DNA of 64,000 nucleotides, taken from Trichodelitschia bisporula. Its lineage: Eukaryota. The notes beneath the pieces were generated by a model. The model was not told where the DNA came from. It saw only the letters and a list, made by a program, of their open reading frames with translations, and did no database searches. Made by a program: the position numbers and the translations under genes. This document shows, piece by piece, positions 12,907-25,840 of the stretch. The stretch lies in the NCBI GenBank assembly GCA_010356995.1, contig ML996704.1, forward strand, positions 62,001 through 126,000, written 5' to 3'. The stretch's first letter is position 1; every line of letters starts with the position of its first letter.

Positions 12907-13563
12907 TCTTGTCTCTCACCCACCACTCTCTCTCTCCGCTCCGCTCCTCCTCCTCACTTCTCTCCCGACTAGATCTCTAGTCTCATCTCCTCCTTCTCTC
13001 CCCACACCCTCAAAACAATTGCGAGCAGTGAGAGTCGTCATCCTCTCATCTCGTTCCACCGTTCACTCGCTCACTCTCTACCATCCCATCCCATCCCATC
13101 CCCATCTCACCTATCCCACTTCCCTCCCCCCACATGCGCCCGGCCGCCGTCCGGCTGCCTCGACGCCAACCGGCCTCCGAACGACGCCATGGGATAGAAT
13201 AGACGAGAGAACCGCACCCATTGTTCAACGTCAGTCAATGCAACCCCGCTCCTGCCTGCCATTCTATCGTAAACTTACCGGTTACTGGTGTACGCAGTTG
13301 GGTCCCTCGTCACCTCCACCAACTGCTGGGTCCTGCCAAGCCAGTTGCTGCTGCCCAAAACGACGCGGTATCCTTGTCTTGCTCGCAGCCGCTTTTGTTC
13401 TCCGCTACACACACACTACCTACTCTCTGCGTCGACAAACACAAACCATCACTTCACATACCACTATCACTCAGCCGCTACCTTCGCATACCGGATTCTC
13501 CCCTCGAAAACACACCCGACGAACTTCATTCTGCGCGCTTCTCACAACCACGCACCAGAGCAT

Positions 13564-16015
13564 ATGTCTAGCCGACCGGACAAGGAAATATTCAAGCAAC
13601 CCCATGGCAAAATGAACCAGCGCGACCGCGACGACCTAAAGAAATTGGATAATGCTGTTGAACGCATGCTCAAAGTGATTCCAAAAGAGCCGTATATACT
13701 GAGCACCCCTGTCATACCGGGCTTCGAGTACCATCCCCCGCGCCACGAAATCGAGAACTGGCACCTCGGAACGCCGTTTCGCAACGACGAATTCCAGCTT
13801 CAGTACTGTACCTTCCTCCTTCCCGAGAAGGAGGAAACCGTCTGCGTCGCGCGTTCCCAAGTCGACGAGGAGCGCGACCGCCGCCAGCGCAACGGCACGC
13901 CGTCGCCCCTCAAAGCTATCCCCCCTCATCTGAACGTCAAGAGAAAGATATCCTTGGACGTCTACAACCGCCGCGGACATCTCCGCACCGGCTCCGACAC
14001 CAAGCTCGAGCCGACGGCCGAGACGAAGCCTAGTGCTGCTCCTCCTCCACCCCGCGCACCTACCCCGCCAAAACGGTAAGTTCACTGCCAATTTGAGGTA
14101 CTTAACTAACAGACAGTCCTTTCTCCTTCCCCGACGAACCTCCTGCGAAGAAAGCCCGCACCGACACGGCAGCACCGGTCCACGGTCTTCCCCGCATGCT
14201 CTCCCCGCCGCCCCTTCCACTCCCGAACGGCCTGCCCTCCCGCATGCTCTCCCCGCCGCCCCTTCCACTCCCGAACGGCCTGCCCCCAATGCTGTCCCCT
14301 CCTACCCTCCGTGGCCTGCCGCCCTTCGGCCTTCCGCCCATGCTCTCACCCACACTCCCACCCAACATAGAAGAAGCTCTGAAGCGGAAGCGCTCAGGAT
14401 CCGAGTCGAGCGACGACGTGCCGATTAGAGCATCGAAGATCCCGAAGCTCGACCTCGATGAGAAGCCAAAGATGAAAGCCGAACCGGTCAAGGAACCGGA
14501 AAAGAAAAAGAGGCGCTGCAGTCCAGAGGAGAAGCCCGGGTGGGCGGAGAGGCTGGACTGGGAAGACGTTTCCAGTCCAGCGGAGCCGAAGCGCCTGCTT
14601 GTTCGGCTGAAGATTCCGCGCCACCAGCGGCAGCAGGTCGAGCGTCTGCTCCGCCTCAAACCAAAGTCCAAGCCCGCAGACAAGAAAATTGTCAAAGAGG
14701 AGAAGTGGGAGGAGCCACAAGCCGTCAAGGCAAAGGCCCGGAAGGAAGCCCCCGAGAAACTCCGCCTTGACGACAAGCCACCGCGCGAGCTCGAGAAGCC
14801 GCGCACCACACCACCCAAACCGATTAAAGCAGAGCGCAAGCCCGACCCCCCCGCCCGCAAATCCGCAGACAGCAAGCTCGCCACCCCGCGCCCCAGCGAG
14901 GAATCGACAGGCTCATCTAAGCGCCCCCGCTCTGCGAACGACGCGTCCGAAACAACAATCAAGAAGGAGCGCCGCCCGCCGAGCCGTGAAGCTGAGCCTG
15001 TGACGCCGGGCGAGGAGCCCCTGGCGGTGGGGAAGACGGTGAAGAGTGAATCCCAGAAGAGCGCGTCGTACATCACGCCGCGTAAGGATTTGAAGGGCGT
15101 GGCTATGGCGCGGACGGGCTCGGCTGATAGCTCTGTCTCGACGCCGAAGCGCGCGTATGCAACGCCCGGTGGGCCTCCTGCATCGGCGAAGGACAGCACG
15201 AAGTCAGCGGGGACGGGCGTGGGTGCCCGCACTGCGAAACTGGATTCCTGGAGTAGGAAATGGAATGACCTAGGCCGGACACTGAAGCGCGACCACCAAG
15301 CCCTCGTCAACGAGGGGAAGGGCAAGAGCGCCGTCGCCGCGGCGGTGGGACTGGAATGCGTGCTGTGGGTACCCCCCCCCTGCTTTTTCAAAGTGAAGAT
15401 GCTAATGACGACAGCGCGTACATGCTCGCCTTCACCTCCCGCGACGCCCTCATGCGCCTCCGCCGCCAGCCCTCGGATATAGAAACCAGCTGGCTCACGC
15501 TCCTCCCCCTGTACCGCCAGATCGGGAGTTGTATCACCGTCCGCCCGCTCCAAGGGCTACATGCTTATCTTGGTGTGGCGATTTGTGCGCGGATTGCCGG
15601 GGGTGTGTCCGACCGTGTGCGCGCGAGTTCCTCCTCTGCAGACGCGGAGTCCCCGGCTTCGAAACTCGACGGCCAAAGTCAGACTCAGAGCCAGGCGAGC
15701 GCGGCTGCGGCGCCTACGGGGGCGAATGCGAAGCTGTTGGCGGATACGTGGGCTCAGCTTCTGGGGTATGCAAGGGAGGCGGAGGGGAAGTTGGGGTTGG
15801 AAGAGGTTATGGAGTGTTTTCCTGAGACGTGGAGGGCGAGGAGTAGGAACGTTGGGGGGGAGAGGTTGGGGGAAGGGGAGAGTGTTGCGGGGCCTTGGGC
15901 GTTTCCCGTTGGGGTGGGGAGTGAGCCGGTGCAGGTTGTGCGGTTTGGAGTGAGGTTGCTGGGGGAGTGGAGGAAAGTGGAGGGGGTGCCTGGGCAAGGG
16001 AAGGTTGTGCTTTGA
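13564..16015 (+). CDS. Hypothetical Pro/Lys-rich protein, probably nuclear (C-terminus possibly Ebp1_C-like)
   Basis: Three exons joined by introns 14076-14116 and 15365-15414. Internal MLSPPPLPLPNGLP repeats and a helical C-terminal region (LGRTLKR...LECVLAYMLAF...SWLTLLP). The domain assignment is tentative. Confidence 0.75.
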
Positions 16016-16520
16016 GCTTGGAGAGTGAGATTGGATGCTGTGTGGAGTGCTAGATCTGGATATACCCCCCCTTTGCTTTTACGGGATTTGTTGGAGCGTG
16101 GGTTATGGCTACTGGTCATGGGCGTGTTTTATGAGGCCTGTCGTTTTGAATCACAGGCTTGGTTGGGCATGGTGTTTGGGTTTGGGGGTCGTATGGGTCA
16201 AGGACGGGTTGATCATTACCTGGATTTTTAGGGGGATTGGGTGGGTTGATGGGCTGGATAGGCCGTGCTGTAGGCGATGAATTGATGATGAAGACATTCT
16301 CTCAAGTGTCTGAAATGACATATGTGGTGGTGCATGTGATTACGCTTTTGCCACTAACATCCCACAACGATGATATCAGAGCTCGTACGTCTATTATGGG
16401 CGGTGTTGCATGTGGTTACGCTTCAATCGCCAATTCTAGCTTCCCACAACGCCGATCACAGTTAATCCATCCCGCTAGCTGGGAAAAAATGAACATCCAG
16501 CAAGCTTTTCCACGATTTCC

Positions 16521-16809
16521 TCATGATCCCCTCACGACCTTCCCCAATAAACGACTGCGCTCCTTCGCCAAGCTCCAAACATCAGCCCAATCCCGTCCAT
16601 TCTTCTTCCTCTCATCACTTCCGATGCGCGATATCGCAGCGGCGAGCCCGACGAAGATGGCGAAGGGGGGATCTAAGCGTCTGGTTTAACTGGTTAGCGG
16701 GGAAGGGGGCGAATGGAAGGATTTTGTGGGCGAATGGAGGAGTGGAGAATCGGGGGATAATGACATTGGGGGGATGGGAGGCGTACTTGGATATCAGGTA
16801 TCTGTACAT
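16521..16809 (-). CDS. NCE101: Non-classical export protein 1 (Nce101)-like, 60 aa
   Basis: Exon 1 16809-16787 and exon 2 16680-16521 (intron GTACGC...CTAAC...CAG) give MYRYLISKRLDPPFAIFVGLAAAISRIGSDERKKNGRDWADVWSLAKERSRLLGKVVRGS. This fits the YL(I/L)xKxxDPxxAIxVG pattern. The spliced product is not in the ORF track. Confidence 0.8.
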
Positions 16810-18019
16810 CCTTTCTTGCTCCTTTCTCGTCAAGGTGCAGAGGCGGCGGGGCTCAGTTTGGTCGGCATGGAAGGGAAGTGGACGTTTCGCAAGCAAGCGC
16901 CGCGCCAGGTACCCGCGGGCCGGGCTTGGCGGCCCCGGCTTCACCCCGGTGCGGCTCAGGTGGGCGACCCCGCGATATCAATGATGCAGGTGAAAATCAA
17001 GTGAGGAGTGCATGTCCACGACATTGCCTCTCAGATACTCCGTATGCCCACATCGAGCGTCAGAGTCGACTCGCCCGAATTCGTGCTGGCGCTTATTTCC
17101 GTCCATCCTGAGGAGCGAGCCAGGATGCAGTACATGTGTCCTAGGCATCGGCCGGAGTAGGCGGGGGACTAGGCGGGGGAGAAAGGGAAGGAGTTAGGAG
17201 GAGAAGGGGAGGGAGTTGAGAGGGGAAGGGGAGGGGGTTAGGATGAGGAGGAAGAGGTGGGGGAGGCGGGGAGTGGGGGGAGTGGGAGACGGTGGAGGGG
17301 ATGGATAGGGAGTGGGAGACGGTGGAGGGGGAGAAGGAGTAGGTGGGGGAGAAGGAGGCGGGTTTGGAACTGGATGGTTGTTGTTGGCGCCCATTGTCAT
17401 TTTTTGTGAGGATGGGATGTTGTGGTGAGCAGGGTCGGTTGTTGAGAGGAGAGTTCGTTTGTAGTGAGGATAGTACGTTGTAGCGAGGAGAGTCAGTTGT
17501 AGCGAGCACATTTCGTTGTAGCAAAGAAGAGAGTACAGGCCCGCCGCTGTTTATATTCACCCCAAGGATATGAACGCGTACAGCGGACCATTAAATGGAC
17601 ATCAGCCCATTCAAGCTCATCCACCAAGCCGAAGTCAGACTAGAAGAAGCTTTGGGTGACTCTGGCGCTATTAGCGATCCTCGATCTATGGATGCAGACG
17701 CGCGTCAGGGTACGTATCCAGGAACCGGAGTTTGGTTCGATGTGAGCTAAACCGCGTGTTAGATATGCCAATCAGACCAAATACCTCAAAAGAGCAGTTC
17801 GTCCATCAAGGTCCGTTCCAGCGTTTCGTGGCCTGCAGCACAAATCCGTCTCTCCTCCATCACTCCAACATGCCTCACCTGCAATCACCACGTCACACCG
17901 CGAGCAGGCAAAAAATCTGTTTCAACCATGACATACGTAAGCATACAGCGAAGCCAGCAGGAAAAAAACGAGCAGAAGCCACGAAAACACCCAGCCCTCA
18001 AACACCCGCTCGCCTCTCA

Positions 18020-18583
<564 letters not shown>

Positions 18584-20418
18584 GGTGATGGTTTTCTGTG
18601 TGTTGGAGTTGGGGTGTGTGGTGGTGGTTGGTGGTGGTGGTGGAGGTGAGAGGTGGTGGAGGTGGAGGTGACGACGCTCAGGTCGTGCCAGGCAGCAAGT
18701 CACCGGTGGGGCTGGGGCAGCCGCGACCGGGGTGGGGAGGGGGGGGGTGAAAGCTGGGCGGTGAGTGCCGGCGTGCCTCAGGCGGAGGGTGACTGATGAG
18801 GGGCGTGTGGCGGTGGCGGGTGACTGGCTGTGAGGAGGGACGAGAGCTGTGACTCTGCTGGTGACAACCTTTCACTGAAAGAATATGCTTGTATGTAGGA
18901 GTGAGGAGAGTCCGGAGTGAGATGGGTATTGGGGGAGTGACAGCTCTTTTACGCAAACGATGGGTTACGGGCGCAGCTGCCCGTCGGGGAGCCGGTCTTT
19001 ATAGCGTCCTTTGTTGGTCACGGAGCTTTCTACGCCTTCTGGGTCCTCCAGCTGGTACCTGCGGCGGTGTCATATGAGGCTCAGCGCCTGGGATACCGCT
19101 TTTTGTTTCGTTGGGATGACTGGTTTGATGGGGCACGTGATGGGTTTGTCGTAATGGTGAAGCTTACTTTGGTACCCGTGGGGAGCCGTAAGAAGCTCTA
19201 GAACTATCGTGTGGAAGCTTCATCGTGGGAAGCTTCACCACGGTACGTCTCCCACCTCTTCTCTTTCGTTGACCTTCTCAGATATTGCAGGAACTGCATT
19301 CACCGCACTTCGTTTGCAGTACTCTACAAGGCAGATCCGCGCGCGCTTCAGCCACCAATCTTCAGCCCCCTTCGGCTTGCCGGCGCAAGTCATCATCAAC
19401 ACCGACACCGACATCGCCATTTACCGTAAATGCCGACATCAAGTAAAACAGACCACCCACCATATTCCGTCCCTATCTATCGCTCCCATCGCGCCAGCAA
19501 CATTACCGGCCCCATTACTCCCCGCATATCGCCATGCACCCCAACGCCACATTCAGCCTTGCCCCACTCCCATCCGCCCATCCGCAGGCTATCGTGTACC
19601 TTAAATCCACGCACCCTAATAGTCCCGCCAAATACACCGGCTACTACACGGTGGCAGGGTCAAGGAAGCCACTACGGGAGGTTCGGCACAAATGTTAGAG
19701 ATGGCGTAGGGGCATAATGTCGTCCAAATCTACAAGTATCGTACCATCGTGCATTTCGACATTTTAATTCAGCTCCGTAGTCCCGTCCAGTCCCGCTAAA
19801 TTCACCACTTAGCTCGTCAGCCTTTGTATTATCGAGGTTCACTTATGGGCTCGATCCGAGTCACAAAAGATCTAATTCCGGCTTTTTTTTTGCCTGTGAG
19901 GGTTAGGGGACTTTTAGGGATGCATGATCTGCTGCGTGGTGATGTAAAAGGATTCAAATCGGCGGCTGAATGCATCTGATATCCCCACGCTGCTCCTCTT
20001 TTAATCACGAAATAGGCACAGCAGGCTCAACGCCCTTCCGTTCAACAAGCACATCCAACGCTTAAAAATCTCTAGCTAACCCTCTTAACAACCTCTCGCT
20101 GCCTCTCTCTCAGCATCTCATGCACGATACCGAGGCTGATGCCAAGACCCCTCCCAATCCAGCCTAGCCCTCCCCGCAACCCCACATGTTCCAAGGAAAC
20201 CGTTTCGCGATCATCACTTCCTCCCCGCCCCGCTAGCCTAGGCTATGCGGCCCAGCCTCGTGGGTCAGGAGGGGGAGGTTTAAACGCGCCGCATCTCGCA
20301 TCTCTATTTCAGGTACGATTCGCCCTAACTCCATCTCGCTCGCCATCCGTCCCAATTGCCCTCCTCCAGTCCCTCCCACAACTCCATCAACCAAAATTAC
20401 GTCCGCCGGTCCACAGTC

Positions 20419-21800
20419 ATGAACTTCGCCCTCCCTCCCGACCTAGAGGCGTATCTCGCCAGGCTGGATGCTTTCATAGACAAAGAAATCACTCCTCTCC
20501 AACATCAAAATGACAACAACCGCTTCTTCGACCACCGCCGCGAACACGCCCGCACAAACTGGGACGCCGGCGGCCTTCCCAGGAAGGAATGGGAATCCCT
20601 CCTCAGCTCCGCCGTAACCCTCGCCGACAACGCCGGCTTCTACCGCCTCAGCCTCCCCCCCTCCTACGGTGGTCAAAACACCGGCTCCGGCGGTTCAGGG
20701 GGCAATCTCTGGATGGCCGTAATCCGCGAACACCTCGCGGCCAAAGGCCTGGGGCTCTTCAACGACCTGCAAACCGAGCACTCCGTCGTCGGGAACTTCC
20801 CCGACATAATCATGCTCCGCGACTTTGGCACCGAGGCGCAAAAGCACGAACTCATCCAAGGCCGGCTGGACCGGCGCGTCAGGATTACATTCGGCCTAAC
20901 GGAGCCGCTGCACGGCAGCGATGCGACGCACATGGCGACGCGCGCGGTACCCGAGACGAGAGATGGAGTAGAGGGATGGTGCATAGATGGGGCGAAGAAG
21001 TGGCAGACGGGGATGCATCATGCTACGCATTGTTTTATCTTTGCAAGGACGGAGGGGAGGGATGGGGATGCGAGGGGGATTACGTGTTTCATTGTCCCGC
21101 CGGATACGCCGGGTTTTAAGATTGAGAGCTATGAATGGTATGTCCCCTCCACCCCTTCCCTTACCTATCCCACCATCACCTACCGCCTTGTCTACCGCCT
21201 CGGCTAACCCCCCCGCCTAGGACCCTCAACATGCCAACCGACCACGCCACCATCTCCCTAACCTCCGTCTTCGTCCCCAGCACCTCCATCCTCGGCCCCC
21301 TCCACCACGGCCTCTCCATAGCCCAAGCCTTCGTGCACGAAAACCGCATCCGCCAAGCCGCATCCTCCCTCGGCGCCGCAATATACTGCATAAACTCCTC
21401 CCTAACCTACGCCAACACCCGGCGCCCCTTCGGCACCCCCTTATCCCACAACCAAGGCATCCAATTCCCGCTCGTGGAACTCGCAACCCGTGCCTCCATG
21501 CTGCGCCAACTAATCCGCAAAACCGCCTCGGAGATGGATTCCATGCCCCATGTTGAAGTAGAGAAGAAACTGGCGATGGAGGTGAGCATGTGTAATTACT
21601 TCGCGAACCGTTTGTGCTGTGAGGCGGCGGATCGCGCGATACAAGTGCATGGCGGGAATGGGTATAGTCGTGAGTATCCATTTGAGCATATCTGGCGGCA
21701 TCATCGAAGGTACCGGATTACGGAGGGGAGTGAGGAGATTCAGATGCGGAAGGTCGCAGCTCACCTCTTTGGTTTTGGCGGACGCAAGGCGAAGCTCTAA
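20419..21800 (+). CDS. Acyl-CoA dehydrogenase family protein with C-terminal PTS1 (-AKL)
   Basis: FGLTEPLHGSDA, IDGAKKW, AIQVHGGNG and RITEGSEEIQ motifs. Intron 21138-21220. Ends KAKL*. Confidence 0.92.
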
Positions 21801-21865
21801 ACACATCGTAACTACCGTAGCAGCGGATATCAATTGCTCAAACATAACTCTATGCTCAACCCGCC

Positions 21866-24387
21866 CTAACCCACCTTCGGCACAACCCACCACTCATGAT
21901 ACCTCCTCCCCATCCCCGGAATCTCCACCTTAACCTCCCCCCCATGCCCCAACCTCGCACACGCCACAGACACCGCAAGACAACTCGCCGTCAAAGCCTG
22001 GACATCCCCCTTCCACGCCTCAGGGCTTTTCTCACACCCGCGCGCCTGGGGTCCCGCTTCTTTCATCCGCGTAATCGCCGCCCGGGCCGAACTAAGCGCC
22101 AACCCAATCCGCGTCAGCATATTATCCTTCCCCTGTTCCCACTCAGCGGTAGGCGACGCGAAGGGCCCGTAGGGATGCGTTGCTTCTTCGAAGTCAGCGA
22201 AGGAGGGCAGGGCGGGGCCGGATGCGATGCTGAGGAGGGGTTTCATGCGTAGCGTGAAGCGGAGGTGGGGCGTTGTGTAGGGGTCCGGAGTGGCGGTTTG
22301 CGTGATTGCGCCGTGGTAGGAGAGCACCGTATAAAGCTATGTAATGGTTAGCTGGCAACGGTAGAGGAAAGGGGGCACATACCTCGCTCAGCGCACTCGC
22401 CAGATATACAGTGGCATGCCCCTCCGCGCCCAGGCTCTCCAGCAACGCAACCGCCCTCGTACGCTCCCCGCGCTTCTGTGCCCTCGCAAACCCCGGATCG
22501 CGCGTTTCGCCCCTCGCCTGCACCTTGAGCAGCGCCGCGTTGAGCGCGACGGTGCGCTCCCGCGCCAGCTTGGCTAGGAACCAGTACATGCCGGCCATTT
22601 CATCGGGGAGGTAGATGTCGAGTTCGAAGCCGAGTTGGACGATCCATTGCATGGTTTTAAGTTTCAGGAGGTAGGTCCAGGATGTTAGGGGAGAGGGGGG
22701 GGTGAGGGGGGTGAGTTCGGCGAGGGCGGCGTCGAGGCGGGGGGCCTTTTCGTTAGCATATTTCTCTCCTTCTCTCGAGGGAAGAGAACGAGGCCCTACC
22801 TCATTGCGCTGCAAATCATCCAGAGCATTCGCCACATGCCGCAGGTTCCGCCTCAACCGACACCGATTCGAGCACAGCGCGCGGAAATAGTCGATATACC
22901 CCCCATTCATCCTTACCACATGCCCCGTGAAGTCGTTGATAACCCGCGCCGTCTCGTACCGCCTGTCCCCAGGCCGCCCCGCGGCGACCGGCGCCTCGAC
23001 GGTCCAGTTCACCGGATCGAGGACAGGGTCGTCTGGCAGCAGCGTCTCGGATAGGTCCTTGCGGAGGAGCATTTCGAACTCCGCGTCTTCGCAGCGGAAG
23101 AGCGGGGCTGAGAGACACGCGCGGGCGTAGGGGAGGGGCTCGGGGTTGCGCGCGTTGAAGGCGCACAGAAAGGCCTGTTCGTCATCAGTATTGGCTTGGT
23201 TCTCAAGGGGGACTCATACCTCAAGACGTGCAACGTTCTCCAAACCCACCTGGAGGATCCGGCTCGCTTCCTGGCAGTCCCTGATCAGCTGCTTCATCCT
23301 TGCTGCCGCATCCGCAAACCCAAGCTCGGCCATCGGCTTCGGCGGCACAGTACTCGCGAGCTTGCGCTGGATCTTCGGGCTAAAGCTCTCAGGAACCGGC
23401 GTTCCGAGGTCGTGCGTGTCGGCGACGGCGGAGAGCGAGTCGGATACCTCAGACCACTCGAGCGCCGCATCGGCGCCCTCATCGCCATCCATAGCGATCA
23501 GCAAGCGGGCGCGGAACTCGAGGCGCTCGATGAGGGCTTCCCAGACGTTAGTCGCCTGGTCGGCGGACCGGTGCTTCAAGCTCTGCTCGGCGAGCCATCC
23601 TATAGCGTGGTCGAGGTAGCTTACAATCGTCTCGCGCGGGATGTCAGAGAGCAGCCAGCGGTTAAACGTGCCGGTGGAGAAGTCCTCTTCCTCGTAGATG
23701 TTGACGCGGCCGACCATGTCGTTCGTATCGTGGATCTTGCGGATCGTGGCGTCGCAGCTTTTGACCAGCGCGAGGCAGTATGCGCGCAGGACGAGGTGCA
23801 CGATGGTGTTGGTTTTGGGCTCCGGGATGCGCAGGTCGTGGAATACGATCTTGTGTATGTGGACGGGCTGCAGGGGCAGTAGCCGGTAGATGTAATGGCT
23901 CGATAGAACCGTCTGCGATAGCGGGTACCCGCCGTGCCAGGCCATCTCGGCGCACAAAAGTTGGTCCATGATGCCGATGACCTCTTCGGGCCGTAGCTCG
24001 CGGCACACGTCGTAGTCGTCGATGAGCGCTTCGCCGGGCGCGAGACATCCAGTGTCCATTTTCGGATCCATGATCTGGCGGTTAGCCTAGGAGATTTTGG
24101 CGTAGAAGAGGCCTACCTCGAGCGCGGCGACGGATTCGAAGAGGGTGAAGAAGTCATCTTTGACCAGCACGCCGATGGGAAGTTCTGCGTTTGTTAGTGG
24201 GGGTTTGGAGATGGTGATAATCGTGACTCAGGTGAGCGGAGACCCCGAAAGTTCAGCGCACTCCGTGCACAACCCCGCAAAATAAAATGAACAAAAGCAT
24301 ACCTCCAGCCGCCGTTCGGAAATCTGCCGTGATATCATGGTACTGCCTGGATGGAGGGGCCCAGGCAGCCCCCGCGGTTGTTTCCAT
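21866..24387 (-). CDS. MAK10: NatC N-acetyltransferase auxiliary subunit Mak10/NAA35
   Basis: YHDITADF...LVKDDFFTLFESVAALE|IMDPKMDTG, WHGGYPLSQT, IYEEEDF, KIQRKLASTVPPKP and QLGFELDIY motifs. About five short introns. Confidence 0.93.
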
Positions 24388-25018
24388 GATGGGCTCAACC
24401 TCAGCCGGCCAGGATTTGACGATATCCAGATACAGCAGGTCGACGATAACTGCTACGGAACTGTGATACTCGAAACTAAGAGGCTTCCGGGTTAAGAAGC
24501 AGATATGTTGTTATTAACTCCGTTGCCTTGCTTCAGTTGACGTCCTGTTGCGTGTGCTGTACCCTGGCTGTTAGCATGCAAACCCCCACTTGGGCCTCTT
24601 TGATGGTACCTTCCCTGCCAACCTGCAAATGCTGCACGCTGAAGAAGTGCAAGGCTGATGTGTTACGATAGGCACTCTCCCTTGACGTCCGAGGTCTACG
24701 GTGCCAAGAATCTGAACTCTGGATGAGGTTTTTATAAAACTGAGTGGAGAGGACAGTACTTGATGAGCAAATCCAGGGGTCTTTGTCAGGGTAACGAGCA
24801 TATCTACATCCCGGGAGTCACTGAAACGTAGTAAAAAAATGCCTTGTGACCATCACGACTGTCATTGAATCCACACCACGACATTCAGACAAAAAAGGTA
24901 GCCAGAAGATGGACGTTTTACGGCTTAAGAACGTGAGATCATAGTACAGGTCTATCAACACGCCATCCTTTCACACCCTTCTCAATGTCGAGATCCGGAC
25001 CGTCCCTCAACCACTCTA

Positions 25019-25593
25019 CTACTGCGAAGAGGAGGTGTGCTCAGCCATAGCAACCTCATTGGCCTTGGCCAGGTTCTTGTTCTCGCCCTGCTTGCCGTTC
25101 TGCACCCGTTAGCCGTGACCATGAAGTCCCCGCTGTCTATCAACGACGCCTCGCCTGGTCTGCAAAGAGCCGTCGCCGTCTCTCGCATCCCAGGCACCAG
25201 CACCATCTTCCACAATTCCAGAGCCAGTAGCAGCATATGTCACTACCCTCAATCCAGAAGCCCAGAATATAGACGTACCTCCCACTTGGCGAACCTGAGG
25301 TCCATCTCTCCCCGGCGCTCGGCCTGAACGCGAAGATCCTCCTTGAGCGAGCGGCGCACGACGCGCGAGGCGACGGCGAGGTAGCGGTTGTAGCTGAGGT
25401 GTGTCAGTAGAGTCCACCAGTCCAGCGAGGAGTGATGCAGGATGGCCGGCGCACGAAGGGAGACGCTGGCCGAGGTACCGCAACCAGCAGCCAGGCGGCG
25501 CCTGGCTGCGCAATTGAGCGGTAAAATGCTGCAGAAGAGTTCAACAGAGGGAGTCACTTACGTGAGACCGGAGGCTTTCCACGCGAATGCCAT
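25019..25593 (-). CDS. ATP15: Mitochondrial F1-ATP synthase epsilon subunit
   Basis: Exons 25593-25562, 25393-25279 and 25099-25019 give MAFAWKASGLTYNRYLAVASRVVRRSLKEDLRVQAERRGEMDLRFAKWENGKQGE... Confidence 0.96.
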
Positions 25594-25685
25594 TGTGATG
25601 TTTGACGGGTTGTCGTTGGGTGAAGATGTCCTTTGCTCTCTGGAGCTTTCTTCGGCTCTGCGCGCCAAGCCCGGTGTTCCCCATT

Positions 25686-25698
25686 TGACGTCACGTGA
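25686..25698. promoter_or_regulatory. Overlapping CRE (TGACGTCA) and E-box (TCACGTGA) palindromes ~95 bp upstream of ATP15
   Basis: The sequence TGACGTCACGTGA is seen directly. Function is inferred. Confidence 0.45.
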
Positions 25699-25840
25699 TT
25701 TCGCACAGCAAAAGATATGGGCATCACATCGGGTATTGCGATCACGGTCAATCAGTAAGCAAAAGTGAGATGGTACATTGCGCTCTACTGTGTATCACGA
25801 AATGTCTAACTTATTTTACACGCCACTAGATATCACTTAT

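Noticed and set aside
19191..19236. Heat-shock element upstream of ATG8 (two GAAGCTTC 15 bp apart)
   Set aside because: The arrangement does not give three correctly alternating nGAAn units, so support is weak.
24185..24302. snoRNA or TPP riboswitch in the longer first MAK10 intron
   Set aside because: No box C (RTGATGA) and no TPP aptamer core are visible.
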